From assembly GCF_001194135.2 (NCBI RefSeq), contig NC_068999.1:36997374-37061373 (forward strand): a stretch of DNA of 64,000 nt, read 5' to 3'. This document shows positions 39,782 through 51,890 of this stretch, piece after piece. The DNA is from Octopus bimaculoides (Eukaryota). Within the stretch, counting starts at the first letter, position 1. Each line of letters starts with the position of its first letter. Below the pieces are notes generated by a model. That model was not told the origin of the DNA. It saw only the letters and a program-made list of their open reading frames with translations, and searched no databases. Position numbers and translations under genes: made by a program.

Positions 39782-41516
39782 GTTCAGCAGCTTACGGACC
39801 TCCATCTTCATCGCCTCCAGCTTCTTAGGGTCAACACCAATTTCTTGCTACGTACACAGCAACCAACAGCACTCGCACAGGTTCTATCTCAACACTGTTT
39901 GTGAATTATTTCACCATGGTTAACAGCGAATACAACCTGCGAGAACTCCTGTATCAAGTAACCGGCAGCAGCATTGAAGCCACAACCTCTCACGACATGT
40001 GCCTCTTCTCCGGCTCTGTTACGCGGCCTCGACTTCTTGTTACAGCACCTCAACTACTGTGTACCTTAACTACGAACTGGTATTTACTGTTCTTGTGTCT
40101 GGACTTTCTTCTAACTCCCTTATAGACTCTTTTCTATGCTCTGTATTACTTGCACACACATACACTTTGTTTACATGACGGCCTGCCTATTATTGTGTTT
40201 ATATGTCACACTCACACAAACAGAAAAAAAAGCAAACACCATTGTTTTTTGTTTTTACGAACATTTTCTCTCTCTCTCTCTCCTATGCACACATGGTTCC
40301 ACAATCTTTTCCAAGATTGATCTGGTTCGCGCTTATCACCAGATTCCACCACTTATCGCAACTTTTTCAGTGATTCTGCGCATATAATGTGCACACTGTC
40401 TTCTAAAACAGACAAACTCTCTCCTCGTGCTTTCAGTCACCTGGACTATATTTCACAGTCATTTGCCAGGGAAGCAGAACATCCCTGTTGATGCTCTCAC
40501 GAGACTCCCTGTCAATTCTATTTCCTCTCTTGCAGCAATTGATTTACTTGCTATTTCGCAGGACCAAACTCTTTTGTCGACGTTAGATTTAACTTCGCCA
40601 AAATTCAACAATTGCAAATTTTCCTATCTTCCACTCCCTTCATCGAAGGCATTGTATACGCACCACCAGCTACCATCCCGCTTCTAATGGGATGGTGGTG
40701 CGTTTTCATAGGCAACTTAAGGCTGCCTTACGCGCCTCGCCCAACCCGCAGTCTTGGGTTGAATTTCTTCCAGGTCGACGCTAATGGTCGTACAGAGATT
40801 GTGTCTGTCGACCGTCTGAAAAAGGCGTACCTTGACAAACCCTCAACTTCCGTGGGCGACGTGCCCGCTTTTCAAACACCGCACACACCACTGTCAACAT
40901 CATTACCACCACACACACCGCTGCCAACATCAACACCATCACAGACACACACACCAGAAACCACTCCACCTTCGTCGTTGCGACAAAACTCAAGTGACCC
41001 TTATGTCACTAGATCTGGCCGGACAGTGCATTGGCCAAAGAAACTTTCCAAAACAATATACATTTGACATTTTTGTGCCGCCGGCATTTCATTTCTCTGT
41101 ACAAACAAACATTGTTTTACTTCCATTTCTGTGCACAGTAACGTGCTTAAAGAAAATATGTACTCATTACATATTGTTTCAACCTTTGCATACACATTTG
41201 CTCACGCCAACACCTTCGTTGCCACTTTTTTCACACAGACCCTTTATTTCTAGGTCTGGCTGAACTTTTCATGTTGAACAGAACTTTTTTCTTACTCACA
41301 TTCGTGTCGGATGCAAAAGTTTTGCTTCCATTATTGCATCCGACACAGCATTGCTTTGCAAATTTATTGAGCTTGTCATTCTTTGTTTTAACAAAACAAT
41401 TTTTGTTTTTCATTGTATAATTTTAGCCATGTTTTCTGGGTTCGACGGCCATCTTGTTTCCGCGCCTCTACAATCTTTCCTTGTTTCGTGCTATGCACTC
41501 GGGGATGGGGAGACAT
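39782..41516 (+). mobile_element. Gypsy LTR retrotransposon internal remnant, multiply deleted
   Basis: HGSTIFSKIDLVRAYHQIP (RT), HLPGKQNIPVDALTR (RNase H end), VSVDRLKKAY and VTRSGRTVHWPKKL (integrase tail); PPT GGGGATGGGGAGAC at 41501-41514. Confidence 0.88.
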
Positions 41517-41829
41517 TGTAGTGGCACATGTGGCCGCCATCTTGGGAAGTGCCATTGCGCATGTGCAAGGGACTTGCCGTCAGCGGAAGTACCCGAACAC
41601 GCATGCGCAATGAAACAGGTGGAGAGAAAGCTATAGCGTCCGATCTCTTCTCTCTCTAGCAGCGGTGGTGATAACACGTATCTCCCAACTCGACCCCGAC
41701 ATGTGGTCGAAGCTTCTTTGGTATTCTAGCGGCATGCCTATTCACCCAGGAACGAAACGGCTCTACACCAACCTAGAATAAACTATTGATCTGTTGTTAC
41801 CGTTATCCCTCGTGTTGTTGTATTTCTGG
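41517..41829 (+). repeat. 3' LTR-like direct repeat (313 bp)
   Basis: Immediately follows the PPT; 96% identical to 37267-37579. Confidence 0.87.
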
Positions 41830-42456
41830 ATTTTAATGATTAATATAAGAACTGGGGAGAGACGGCCGAGCCGTCATATCTCATCCAATTCTTATAATTA
41901 TTTCTTTCTGCTTTTCTCTCTTCGTTCCTCTTCCATTTTTTTTTCTACTGATTTTGATTTGTATTTTTAATGTGGCTTTGTATGATACATGTATCATATA
42001 TTTTACGTGTTGTATTCCCACTAAAGGTTTCTCAGAAACAAAAATTGAAGTCGTATAGTTTTGAAATAATAATTTAAACAAAAAGACCCCCCCCCCCAAA
42101 AATGGTTAGTTTCACTTTAAGCCACTCCAATCGAGCAGACATTATCAAATACATTCTATCCATGACTAACAAGTCTCATATTCAGACCCAGTGTATCAAG
42201 AGTTGAATTATCAATGCGTCCTATGAGTAAGATTTGAGGGAGATTCGGCTGCTATTTTTGCAAATAGAGTGACATGAATATAAGTATATAAAGAGAAATG
42301 GTAACGTTGTAGAGTGATGAAAATTTTGGTCAACTTCTTCAACTAACACAGTATGTTAAGGTAAAGCATAAATGATATGTTGTTTTTGCCAAAATAAGCA
42401 GTTTGTTGAACGACTCCATATTTGATAACGTTTACATAGAGTTGTCTCCCTTACAG

Positions 42457-42471
42457 GTTGCTAGGGTGAAC
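42457..42471. promoter_or_regulatory. Second X-box-like half site
   Basis: GTTGCTAGGGTGAAC; strong RFX half site GTTGCTAGG, weak partner half. Confidence 0.25.
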
Positions 42472-43083
42472 GACGACGCTATGTTTGTTGACACTAGTTA
42501 TGAAAATGCGTTAGTGACATCTCCGATAATTAGCGAAATTGCTTGATAAAGGTAAAGTGGCTGAAAGCATTATTTTCACTGTTTTTAATTTATTTTTGTT
42601 CAGGGATAAATTTCCAAATTTCATTTATTTCTGAGAATCTTATTTATTGATACTAATCAGTTATTAACTCCAGTTATGCACAAATCAAAATGATCTTCGA
42701 TCAACAACGTATCCGCCATAACCATCAAATATCGCTCAGACGGCTCTGTTTTTCACCTCTGCCAGTTCTCTGCTCGAACCAAGATAGAAGAAAAGTGTGT
42801 GGAGAGTTTCAAGTACCGTCTTGTCTTCAGACATAGTAATATCTTAGACCGCATTTTGTAATGCGTTCTGCCTAGTTCAGGACAATAAGGTGTGATTCCA
42901 AGAAGATTTCACTGTTCCTAGGTTAAACACCTCGTAGCCTATTCCCTTCGGTTTCTTAATAATCTGTTGTTTCTTGTTGCGGATCTAGTTAAATTGATTC
43001 ACAAGATCAGACCCCTTTAATTTTGCTGAGATTGCTTTTAATTTTGGTGTATCGATGCAACTCTGATTTTTGATTACGATCAA

Positions 43084-43194
43084 CCAATTACTTTATCTCG
43101 TAAACAAAAGATTCTGATTTAAAGTTGGATAAATTTAGATAATTTTAACCAATCAACAGACAGCGAAGCATTAACAGCTTGTTGCCAGGACAAC
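43084..43194 (+). promoter_or_regulatory. Candidate ciliary-gene promoter: RFX X-box-like site plus two CCAAT boxes
   Basis: GTTGCCAGGACAAC at 43181-43194 matches GTTGCCATGGCAAC at 12/14; CCAAT at 43084 and 43149; lies in a locally CpG-richer, repeat-free segment ~4 kb upstream of the first DNAH1 coding exon. Confidence 0.45.
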
Positions 43195-45114
43195 CGCATG
43201 CTATGTTGTGTTTCACTTCACCCGCTTGATTTACTTTACCCGTGTGTTTTGTTTGGAATTCTTTCGATACTAATACTCTGAGTGTCTATTGTATCGAAAG
43301 ATCGCCGTTTACATTTGTTGCAACGAATGACTTTCAGTTTAACCCCAAGACAGGCCAGAATGAGCCATTCTATATTTTTATTGAAGACGTAGGACAACAT
43401 TATGTCCTTCAAGTTGAACAAACACACACAGATTACCTCATTGGCTCATTTGCTGATGTGTATAAATAAACAAACACTGAAAGAAATGGATCTTCATCTG
43501 TTTCTAGGATGATCATTTCAGTTGTATGATCAACTGAACTGGTTACACATTCAACTGATACTTGTTTTATCAACCTTGAAAGGACGAAACGCAAAGTCAA
43601 CCTGTGTGGGATTTGAACTCAGAATGTAAAGCATTTTGACCAGTGTACTAATGATTCTGTCAACTTGCAGTCTAATGGTCACACATTATATTAACATAAC
43701 TGGCTGAGTATATCACATGCACATTTATATTAATGATGTACACAAATACATGATGGGTATACATAATTCTGAAATATGCATAAAGTAAACACATGCAGAC
43801 AAATATATTAATATAACAAATTTTTAAAAAGTAATAAAAACATGCAGAGCATTATAGATATCAATGATAAAAAAAAATTTAAGAAGATACATGTTGACAT
43901 TATTAGGTAACAGGTCATTTCACAGATGCTAAACTATAAATTCCACAGGGTATAACCTTAAATTCAACACCACTAAGTTGACACTGCTACAATACAGAAA
44001 ATTTCTGTCTCACTATTGGCTAAAAATACAGATTTTATTTTTTTTTATTTTTAAACATCTTTAACTTTTACGTTAAAATTTTTTCTACATAAGATATTAG
44101 CTTCATGGAAATAAGAATGGAAAACTGCTTCAATATAACCAATTTTCAGATTTTTTAATTTCTTTAAAACAAAAAGGCAGATTCTGTGAATGAATTTAAC
44201 TAGATCCATTGTTGCAATTAACAAAATTAAAAACAAAATAATTGGTCTTTCATGCTTCGAGAGTACATTTGATGTAATCAATTATTGCAGTCAAATTTCA
44301 GAAATCAATATTTTTAATCATTATTTGAGGATGCCTGTGTGGCACTGCTATTGTTGTCATCCTGCCCCTCGATCATTTTATCACCACTAGGGTGTTAGTA
44401 CCCTCCACTTCGGGAACCACTTGCATACACTNNNNNNNNNNNNNNNNNNNNNNNNNNNNNNNNNNNNNNNNNNNNNNNNNNNNNNNNNNNNNNNNNNNNN
44501 NNNNNNNNNNNNNNNNNNNNNNNNNNNNNNNNNNNNNNNNNNNNNNNNNNNNNNNNNNNNNNNNNNNNNNNNNNNNNNNNNNNNNNNNNNNNNNNNNNNN
44601 NNNNNNNNNNNNNNNNNNNNNNNNNNNNNNNNNNNNNNNNNNNNNNNNNNNNNNNNNNNNNNNNNNNNNNNNNNNNNNNNNNNNNNNNNNNNNNNNNNNN
44701 NNNNNNNNNNNNNNNNNNNNNNNNNNNNNNNNNNNNNNNNNNNNNNNNNNNNNNNNNNNNNNNNNNNNNNNNNNNNNNNNNNNNNNNNNNNNNNNNNNNN
44801 NNNNNNNNNNNNNNNNNNNNNNNNNNNNNNNNNNNNNNNNNNNNNTATGAACTTTGTAGTGTTACATACTGATTGTCATATTAAGGTGAAATTGTTGAAA
44901 ACAGTGTTAAAAACAGTGTATGAAAATACACATATGGAAAAATACATATACATATACATATTCTCATACATATTCTTTGACAATCGAATAAAATTGAGAA
45001 GGAACTGACCTGGCCTTTTTCTCTTGTGTATATTGAAGGAATGTTTTACTTTCTTAAGAGACAGTATGACTGGCTAGCTGGGGTGGGAGGGAAGAAGAGT
45101 TAAAGAAGATTTTT

Positions 45115-45147
<33 letters not shown>

Positions 45148-45159
45148 TACACATACATA

Positions 45160-45361
45160 CAGGGTGGCCCAAAAGTAGGTTTACGGTTATTCAACTGTCT
45201 CTTTTGCATACATATTTTAACAGTTTAGATCTTAATTGTAAAATAATATGAAACCATTCTATGCTAATTTGGTTAATTTTGCCAAACTCCCGTTTCAGTT
45301 TGTAAGGCAGAAATTTAAAGTGCCTATGTGATAAGTGTAAACATACTTTTGGGCTACCCTG
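45160..45361. mobile_element. Tc1/mariner-type MITE, 202 bp
   Basis: TIRs CAGGGTGGCCCAAAAGTA / TACTTTTGGGCTACCCTG (1 mismatch); TA on both sides. Confidence 0.85.
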
Positions 45362-45777
45362 TATATCATCATCATCATCGTTTAACGTCCGCTTTCCATG
45401 CTAGCATGGGTTGGACGATTTGACTGAGGACTGGCGAACCAGATGGCTACACCAGGCTCCAATCTGATTTGGGAGAGTTTCTACAGCTGGATGCTCTTCC
45501 TAATGCAAACCACTCAGAGTGTGTAGTGGGTACTTTTACGTGCCACCAGCATGAAGGCCAGTCAGGCAGTACTGGCAACGGCCACGCTCAAAATAGTGTA
45601 TTTTATGTGCCACCTGCACAGGAGCCAGTCCAGCGGCACTGGCAACGATCTCACTTGAATGACTTTTCAGCCACCGGCACAGGTGCCAGAAACGCGATGC
45701 TGCAGCACAAGTGCCAGGAAGGTGACGGTGGTAACGATCATGCTCAAACGGTGGTGCCATCATGACATATATATATA

Positions 45778-46680
45778 TGGAGGATGTCCAGACTTTGGGG
45801 TCATCTTGAAGAATCTCTGTTCCCCACTTTTGCACTGTTGATAAAGCTGGAGTGTCATCCCCTAATGTAGCCAGCATGTCAGTATGAATGTCCTCTGAGG
45901 CTAAACTCTTTTTTCTGAAAATACATGATAACACCATGATGCCAAGTTTTGTCCATTTTCAAGAGAAGTCACTAGTTATTTCTGAAGTCTTCTTTGAATA
46001 GTCAAATGTCAGTTTACCTGGAAAGAAACAATGCAGTATGCAAGATTTCACAGATCTAGCATCACCCTTTCATAGTCAGCCTATAACATATTTTCAGCTT
46101 GCCCTTCTACATTTAGATAATCAAATGTAGTGTGTACACACACTACATTTGATTATCTAAATGTAGAAGGGCAAGCTGAAAATACACTACATTTGATTAT
46201 CTAAATGTAGAAGGGCAAGCTGAAAATATGTCATAGGCTGACTATGAAAGGGTGATGCTAGATCTGTGAAATCTTGCATACTGCATTGTTTCTTTCCAGG
46301 TAAACTGACATTTGACTATTCAAAGAAGACTTCAGAAATAACTAGTTGTGACTTCTCTTGAAAATGGACAAAACTTGGCATCATGGTGTTATCATGTATT
46401 TTCAGAAAAAAGAGTTTAGCCTCAGAGGACATTCATACTGACATGCTGGTTACATTAGGGGATGACACTCCAGCTTTATCAACAGTGCAAAAGTGGGGAA
46501 CAGAGATTCTTCAACATCCTCCAATTGCCACCACCAAGGAGAAAATTGATTGTGTTCACTACATGGTAATGGACGACAAGTGATTGACTATAAATCCAGT
46601 AGCCAATGTTATTAGCATATGTTGTGAGAGAGTTAAGAATATTCTGCACAATAAGCGTTTCTGCTTGGTGGCTGCCATAT
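45778..46680. mobile_element. Mariner 5' fragment present as a fold-back inverted duplication
   Basis: ORFs 45536-45937(-) and 46383-46583(+) share MVLSCIFRKKSLASEDIHTDML.TLGDDTPALSTVQKW; the right arm continues into IATTKEKIDCVHYMVMDD...VSAWWLP. Confidence 0.9.
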
Positions 46681-47173
46681 GGATATGATCAACATGAAAC
46701 TGGAGGGAGTATGAAGTAATAAAAGAAGCAAGAATTAAACTGGATCAATCAGTGAGATTCTGAGTCAGGACTTGGAGAAAAAAATCTCATTCAACCGGTG
46801 TTTGTTACCAGATCATAGGTCTAATGAAACTGCTTGAGATCTGGCTGTGTTTAAACTACCAAATTCATTCAAATTAGAAAGAAGTGATACACATGAAACC
46901 AATTTTCTTCAAACAGTAAGTGATAGAAAAGTCAGAATGAGATGGTGAATGAATTCATTGATTTCTATGCTTTATTCTTCCAGTTTTTGTGGAAGGAACA
47001 GGTTGATTTGACTTAAATATGCTATGATTGATATGTAGGCATATTCCATATAGGATAGATATTTATCCTATCCTTTTCCAATAAAATAATATAAAATGCA
47101 AATTAAAAATTGTTTTATTTTATAAAATTTATATAAACATTTTTTATTTCAGATTTTTACAAATCAAGTAAAA

Positions 47174-47365
47174 ATGGACCCCAATTTATTGGCACCAATT
47201 AAAAGCTTAGCAAGTATATCTATGAGTCGACGTCGGTCTTTGGCCAATCAAACAAATTCAGTAACAAATCTGAAAAAACAGAAGAAAGAACAAGAGCAGC
47301 CAACAGATTTGAAGGAACAAGGATATTATTCTGAGATTATTGCAAAAGATTCAAACAAATCATTG
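47174..47365 (+). CDS. DNAH1: Probable first coding exon of DNAH1 (acceptor at 47152; short 5' UTR part 47153-47173)
   Basis: tttttatttcag acceptor, ATG at 47174, MDPNLLAPIKSLASISMSRRRSL...DSNKSL, then a gttatt donor (phase 0) matching the next exon. The N-terminus is low-conservation, so assignment rests on position and phase. Confidence 0.55.
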
Positions 47366-48829
47366 GTTATTGTCTTTATAAATATGAATTTTCATTATAT
47401 TTATCAAATATAGTAAAGTGAAAATAACCGAGAATGCAAACCATTGGACTCGGTGCTTTATAGCGCTGAGTGCAATGTCTTGCAGTTTTGATTAAATGCT
47501 GCTAAACTAAATTTTGAATTTTGTCTCACTTTGATCAGTAATATATATAGAAGCGAGCTAAATTCAGTTAACAATATCTTCTAAAAAATTGGGTCATAAA
47601 AAATGTGTTGCTTTTCAAGCATGTTTTAAGATATGTTAATAAGAAATTAATTTTGAAACCCTTTTTTTTTTTTACTGAAATATCTAATTAATTTCACAGT
47701 TAATTATCTAACATAATTGAGAATTTCTCTAATATTGCTAGCATTACTCATGGAGCTGATGACAGAGCAATAAAAATATGCTTCATCTTGTAACTTTCAT
47801 TACTCGTGATAACATAAGCTGAGAATTTATGTTCTCAAATACATACCATTGTATGCTAATGTTTCATTCATCTCTATTATGCAAATAACCTTTGTAAGTG
47901 CTTGATACTGCCTTAGATAACATTACATGCCTCGACATTTACATTGCATAATCATTATTTAGTGTCCATTTTCCATGCAAGCATGGATTAGCCAGTTTGA
48001 CTGGTATTGGTAAGTCGGAGAGCTGTATCATGCTCCAGTCTATTTTGGCTTCGTTTCTACAGATGAATGCCCTTCTTAACACCAACCATGCCATAAAGTG
48101 TACTGGATGGTGTCTTTTATGTGTCATTGATATGAGAACCTCTTGTGTGTCACTCATGAGAAACAATACCTCATTTCTGCCTATTTGCTGCAAGCCCTCT
48201 ATCTCACACCCTCTACTTCATGAAGTTAACCATTTTGTTGAAGCTAGGAATTTCTAAGTTTCCATCTACTCTACTTCTTGAACTTCATATAATTTCTAGG
48301 TCTATTTTCACAATGAAGTTAGTTAAATAACAGAACCTATATATTTCTGAAAATTATCAGTCTTTGTTAGCTCACATCGTCAGGGATAGTATCAAGTTAC
48401 TTCCTTACAAACTAGATACAATAACTCACCTGATGAATTTGTACTTTGGAGACTCCTACTGTGTCTCCATTCACTTTTCGCAACTTGTGTTCTTGCTTTC
48501 AGATGTCTACTATATCTCAGTTTATTCCATAATCAAAAATCTTCGTAAGTTCTGAATTTCAGTAATGTACAAAGTAAGAGTTAAGAAAAAACAATTGAAG
48601 TTAACAACAATGGTGATAATGTAAAGATTAATGGTAAAGATAAAGCTTAACACAAATGCTGATGATAATAATGATTAAAATGTTGATGACAAGCAGTGAA
48701 AGATAACTAAACTGGAAGTCTGTCTCACTTGACTACATATTTATACCAGGATAGACTTCAGCTTTGTAGTCAACCAAAAGGACACTATTGTGCATACACA
48801 CACACACACACACAACAGACACACCTTTG

Positions 48830-49265
48830 TATCATCATCATCATCGTTTAACGTCCGCTTTCCATGCTAGCATGGGTTGGACGATTTGACTGAGGACTGG
48901 TGAAACCGGATGGCAACACCAGGCTCCAATCTGATTTGGCAGAGTTTCTACAGCTGGATGCCCTTCCTAATGCAAACCACTCAGAGAGTGTAGTGGGTGC
49001 TTTTACGTGTCACCCGCACGAAGGCCAGTCAGGCGGTACTGGCAACGGCCACGCTCAAAATGGTGTATTTTATGTGCCACCCTCACAGGAGCCAGTCCAG
49101 GGGCACTGGCAACGATCTCACTCTAAAATCCTACGAAGGCCAGTCAGGTGGTACTGGCAATGGCCATGCTCAGAATGGTGTATTTTATGTGCCACCCGCA
49201 CAAGAGTCAGTCTAGGGGCACTGGCAATGATCTCGCTCGAAAATCCTTACATATGTCACGGGTAC
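48830..49265 (-). mobile_element. Young RTE 3' UTR copy; other copies at about 8347, 19758, 32015, 45364, 47950, 52005 and 60768
   Basis: (CAT)n-CGTTTAACGTCCGCTTTCCATGCTAGCATGGGTTGGACGATTTGACTGAGGACTGG is near-identical at 8347, 45364, 48830 and 60768. Confidence 0.85.
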
Positions 49266-49559
49266 AAGTGCCAGAAAGGCAACGAGACACATACACACAC
49301 ACATACAATATACAAAATGCTGACACACATACTCAGCAATGAGAAACAGAAACAAACATACATGCAAACATGTGCATATAGAGGGCATATGTATGCACAT
49401 ACAAAAGTGCATATGTTTTTGTAATCAAACATTTATACACATAGATCTTATTGATCAATTTGTAAATATGCATTTGTTCATGAATTTCAATTGTAGTATA
49501 TTTAATTTATTCTTTAAATGTTCTGGCAGAAGACCCATTCATATTTCACTTCATTACAG

Positions 49560-49635
49560 CCTGCAATTGTTGGATCACAAAATATCAGGCAGAATACTCT
49601 ATGGAATATTCAAAAAGTGAAATACTCACCACAAG
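49560..49635 (+). CDS. DNAH1: Probable DNAH1 N-terminal exon
   Basis: cattacag/gtaaag, 76 nt, phase 0/1; PAIVGSQNIRQNTLWNIQKVKYSPQ; assigned by splice sites and phase only. Confidence 0.55.
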
Positions 49636-50129
49636 GTAAAGCCATTTTTAAATGTATTTTAAATACATATGTATTAATATCTATGGTATACAATATTATA
49701 GATTCATTTCAGATGATTTTACCTGTCAGTTTGGCACACACACAGTAGGTTAAGCCACCGTGTGTGTGTGTGTACATGTGTACATACATGCATACACACG
49801 CACACATCTTAGGTCCTGGTAGGGTGTAAAGGTAAGGTATTTCCAGAGAAGCACTTAACCTGAGTTCTAGGCTATCAACACTGTTGGATTCCAGACTAAT
49901 ACTGAAATTCTTCCAGTGTAGAAAATCCTAGTTTTGCAATGGTAAAACCATTGTGTGGTGAAGAGCAAACTATAATCCAAATAATAAGACAAAGAAATCC
50001 TTTAATGAACCATTACAATTGTTTCTGTAACAACTCTGCTTGCAATGCCAGTTTATGCAAAAATTCAAAGTGAAAATTTACATAATGTTTGTGGTTTTAG
50101 AGTTTAGAGAGGCACATTTTCAAACTTGC

Positions 50130-50262
50130 ACCAAAGGTGCACTCCTATATGTGTGCTGCACAAAGTAACTATTTTGAAGGAGATGATGTTTAAACTTTGA
50201 TAGGTAAGTTATTTTTTAATTAAACATAACTGGTCCAGGAACTTTTTGATACCACCTCATAT
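50130..50262 (+). mobile_element. Mariner 3' terminal fragment
   Basis: Ends GGAACTTTTTGATACCACCTCATA, typical of a mariner 3' TIR, preceded by ...YFEGD-like codons. Confidence 0.45.
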
Positions 50263-50749
50263 ACAGTGTAATAAAAGTTGTAATAGGTTGTGTTTTAATA
50301 CCATTTACATTTTATACAAAAACTTTAAAAATAATCAGAATACATAACTAATCTTTTTATTTGAAATCTTTTTTTTTTTTTTTTGGTTTTCAACCTTCTG
50401 GCTAATATGGTTAATGTTAAGGTATGAATACTTACTATTTAAGTGTCCGTTATAATATTTCTTTGTATAACATTGAAAATAGTATTTATGGCCAGATGTG
50501 TCAATTTTTGCTTATTTGTTTTTCTTTAATCCACGATTCAGTTTTTTTCATTTTCTATCAATATCTAAGCAATATCCAACTATATTTCATACTTCACAAT
50601 ACATCTCACAATATTTCAATATTTTTTTTTACACATTCCACAATATTTCTATCGTCAACAATATGTTTTACTTATTCCATTATTCTACCATTAATTTCAC
50701 AATATGTTTGGCTCTATATGTCACAATATTTTGCTTTATATTTCAACAG

Positions 50750-50894
50750 TGACAGCATGTAACATTCCACATGAAGTTGCCATGCAAAAATTAACAGGTG
50801 AAATTTATGAAAAAACAACAGCACCAACATCCAAATCTGTTAGTACTTTTTCAAATCTTATTCCCAGTTTTAGAGATAACATGGGAAGCACTGA
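50750..50894 (+). CDS. DNAH1: Probable DNAH1 N-terminal exon (3' end uncertain: donor at 50838 or 50894)
   Basis: tttcaacag acceptor, phase 1; VTACNIPHEVAMQKLTGEIYEK...PSFRDNMGST; candidate donors gttagt (phase 0) or gtaaga (phase 2). Confidence 0.55.
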
Positions 50895-51801
50895 GTAAGA
50901 TTTAGCTGCTACATCAGCATATTAAATGACTTCACAGAATCTCTTTAACTATTTATGACTATCTTGTTCTAAAAAATATAATTGAAAAAGTACTAAATCT
51001 TATGTAGAAATGATGATATGCAAGAAGGTTAATAATCAAATGAAAAGGAACCCAATCAGGATTTTTATAAACCTTTAACATTCATTTTACTATATCAGTT
51101 ATAATGACATATTTACTGGAGATAAACATTTGACATAGAATATTGATCAAAGTAATATGCAATGTTTAGTATATTCCTATAGAAAATTTCTATAGTATGT
51201 TCACTGATATAATACAACCCTCATTTTAGCAATCCTCCTGAAAATAGCCAAATTTCATATTTAGCTATTTAAAGAAAAACAATTTTTCTAATGTAACTAT
51301 GGACAGTTGTCTGCTTACATTGACTCCTCCAGAAATGATATCATTGTCCCTGCCCATGCTACAGAGTATTTCAAACATTTCAGTCATTTACTGTTACTTG
51401 TAAAAAATTTGTGTAGATTAATTACAAGGGGTTCGAATCTTGCAAATTGTTGCCTTTTGGTTTTTACCATCAATTTTTGTTTGAAATATTTACAAACATG
51501 AGATTCACAAAACAAAATATGCTTTCATTTTCAGAATAAATGCAATTTCTGCCTCTTCTGTAGCCATGAATGATTTCTTTCTTTGACAAATATATTTCTA
51601 TAATTTTAGATAATTTTCATTCCCCTTCCTACTTAGTTCAGATGAATGTAAGACAACAACCATCTTAGAAAAACATTGTTTTTTTTTTTAAAGAACAATA
51701 GTGTGTTCCTTGTTTTTGTATTCAGCTGTACATTTTAATTATGAGCTAGCTCCAAAATATTCAATTGATGGTAATCAGGAAATCCATGTCTTTCTCATCA
51801 G

Positions 51802-51890
51802 GATTTTCCATGGAAATCTTTTGAAGCAAAAGTTCAGCTACCATACTATACACCTACTGGAAAATGTCCACGAAAAATTGAAATTGAAAG
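51802..51890 (+). CDS. DNAH1: DNAH1 exon
   Basis: tttctcatcag/gtaact; DFPWKSFEAKVQLPYYTPTGKCPRKIEIE(R), the DNAH1 N-terminal FEPKVQ.P...G..PRKIEIER motif; an in-frame TAA at 51772 limits the 5' extent. Confidence 0.85.

Noticed and set aside
27719-39923. Long ORFs in the track that span N runs (e.g. 27719-28300, 37648-38725, 38768-39904; also 4725-5250, 20539-21070, 44392-45008)
   Set aside because: Artefacts of X-translated assembly gaps; only the flanking real sequence was interpreted.
48990-49260. Repeat-spacer-like periodicity resembling a CRISPR array
   Set aside because: Eukaryotic context; the units are whole degenerate tandem copies with no unique spacers and no cas genes.
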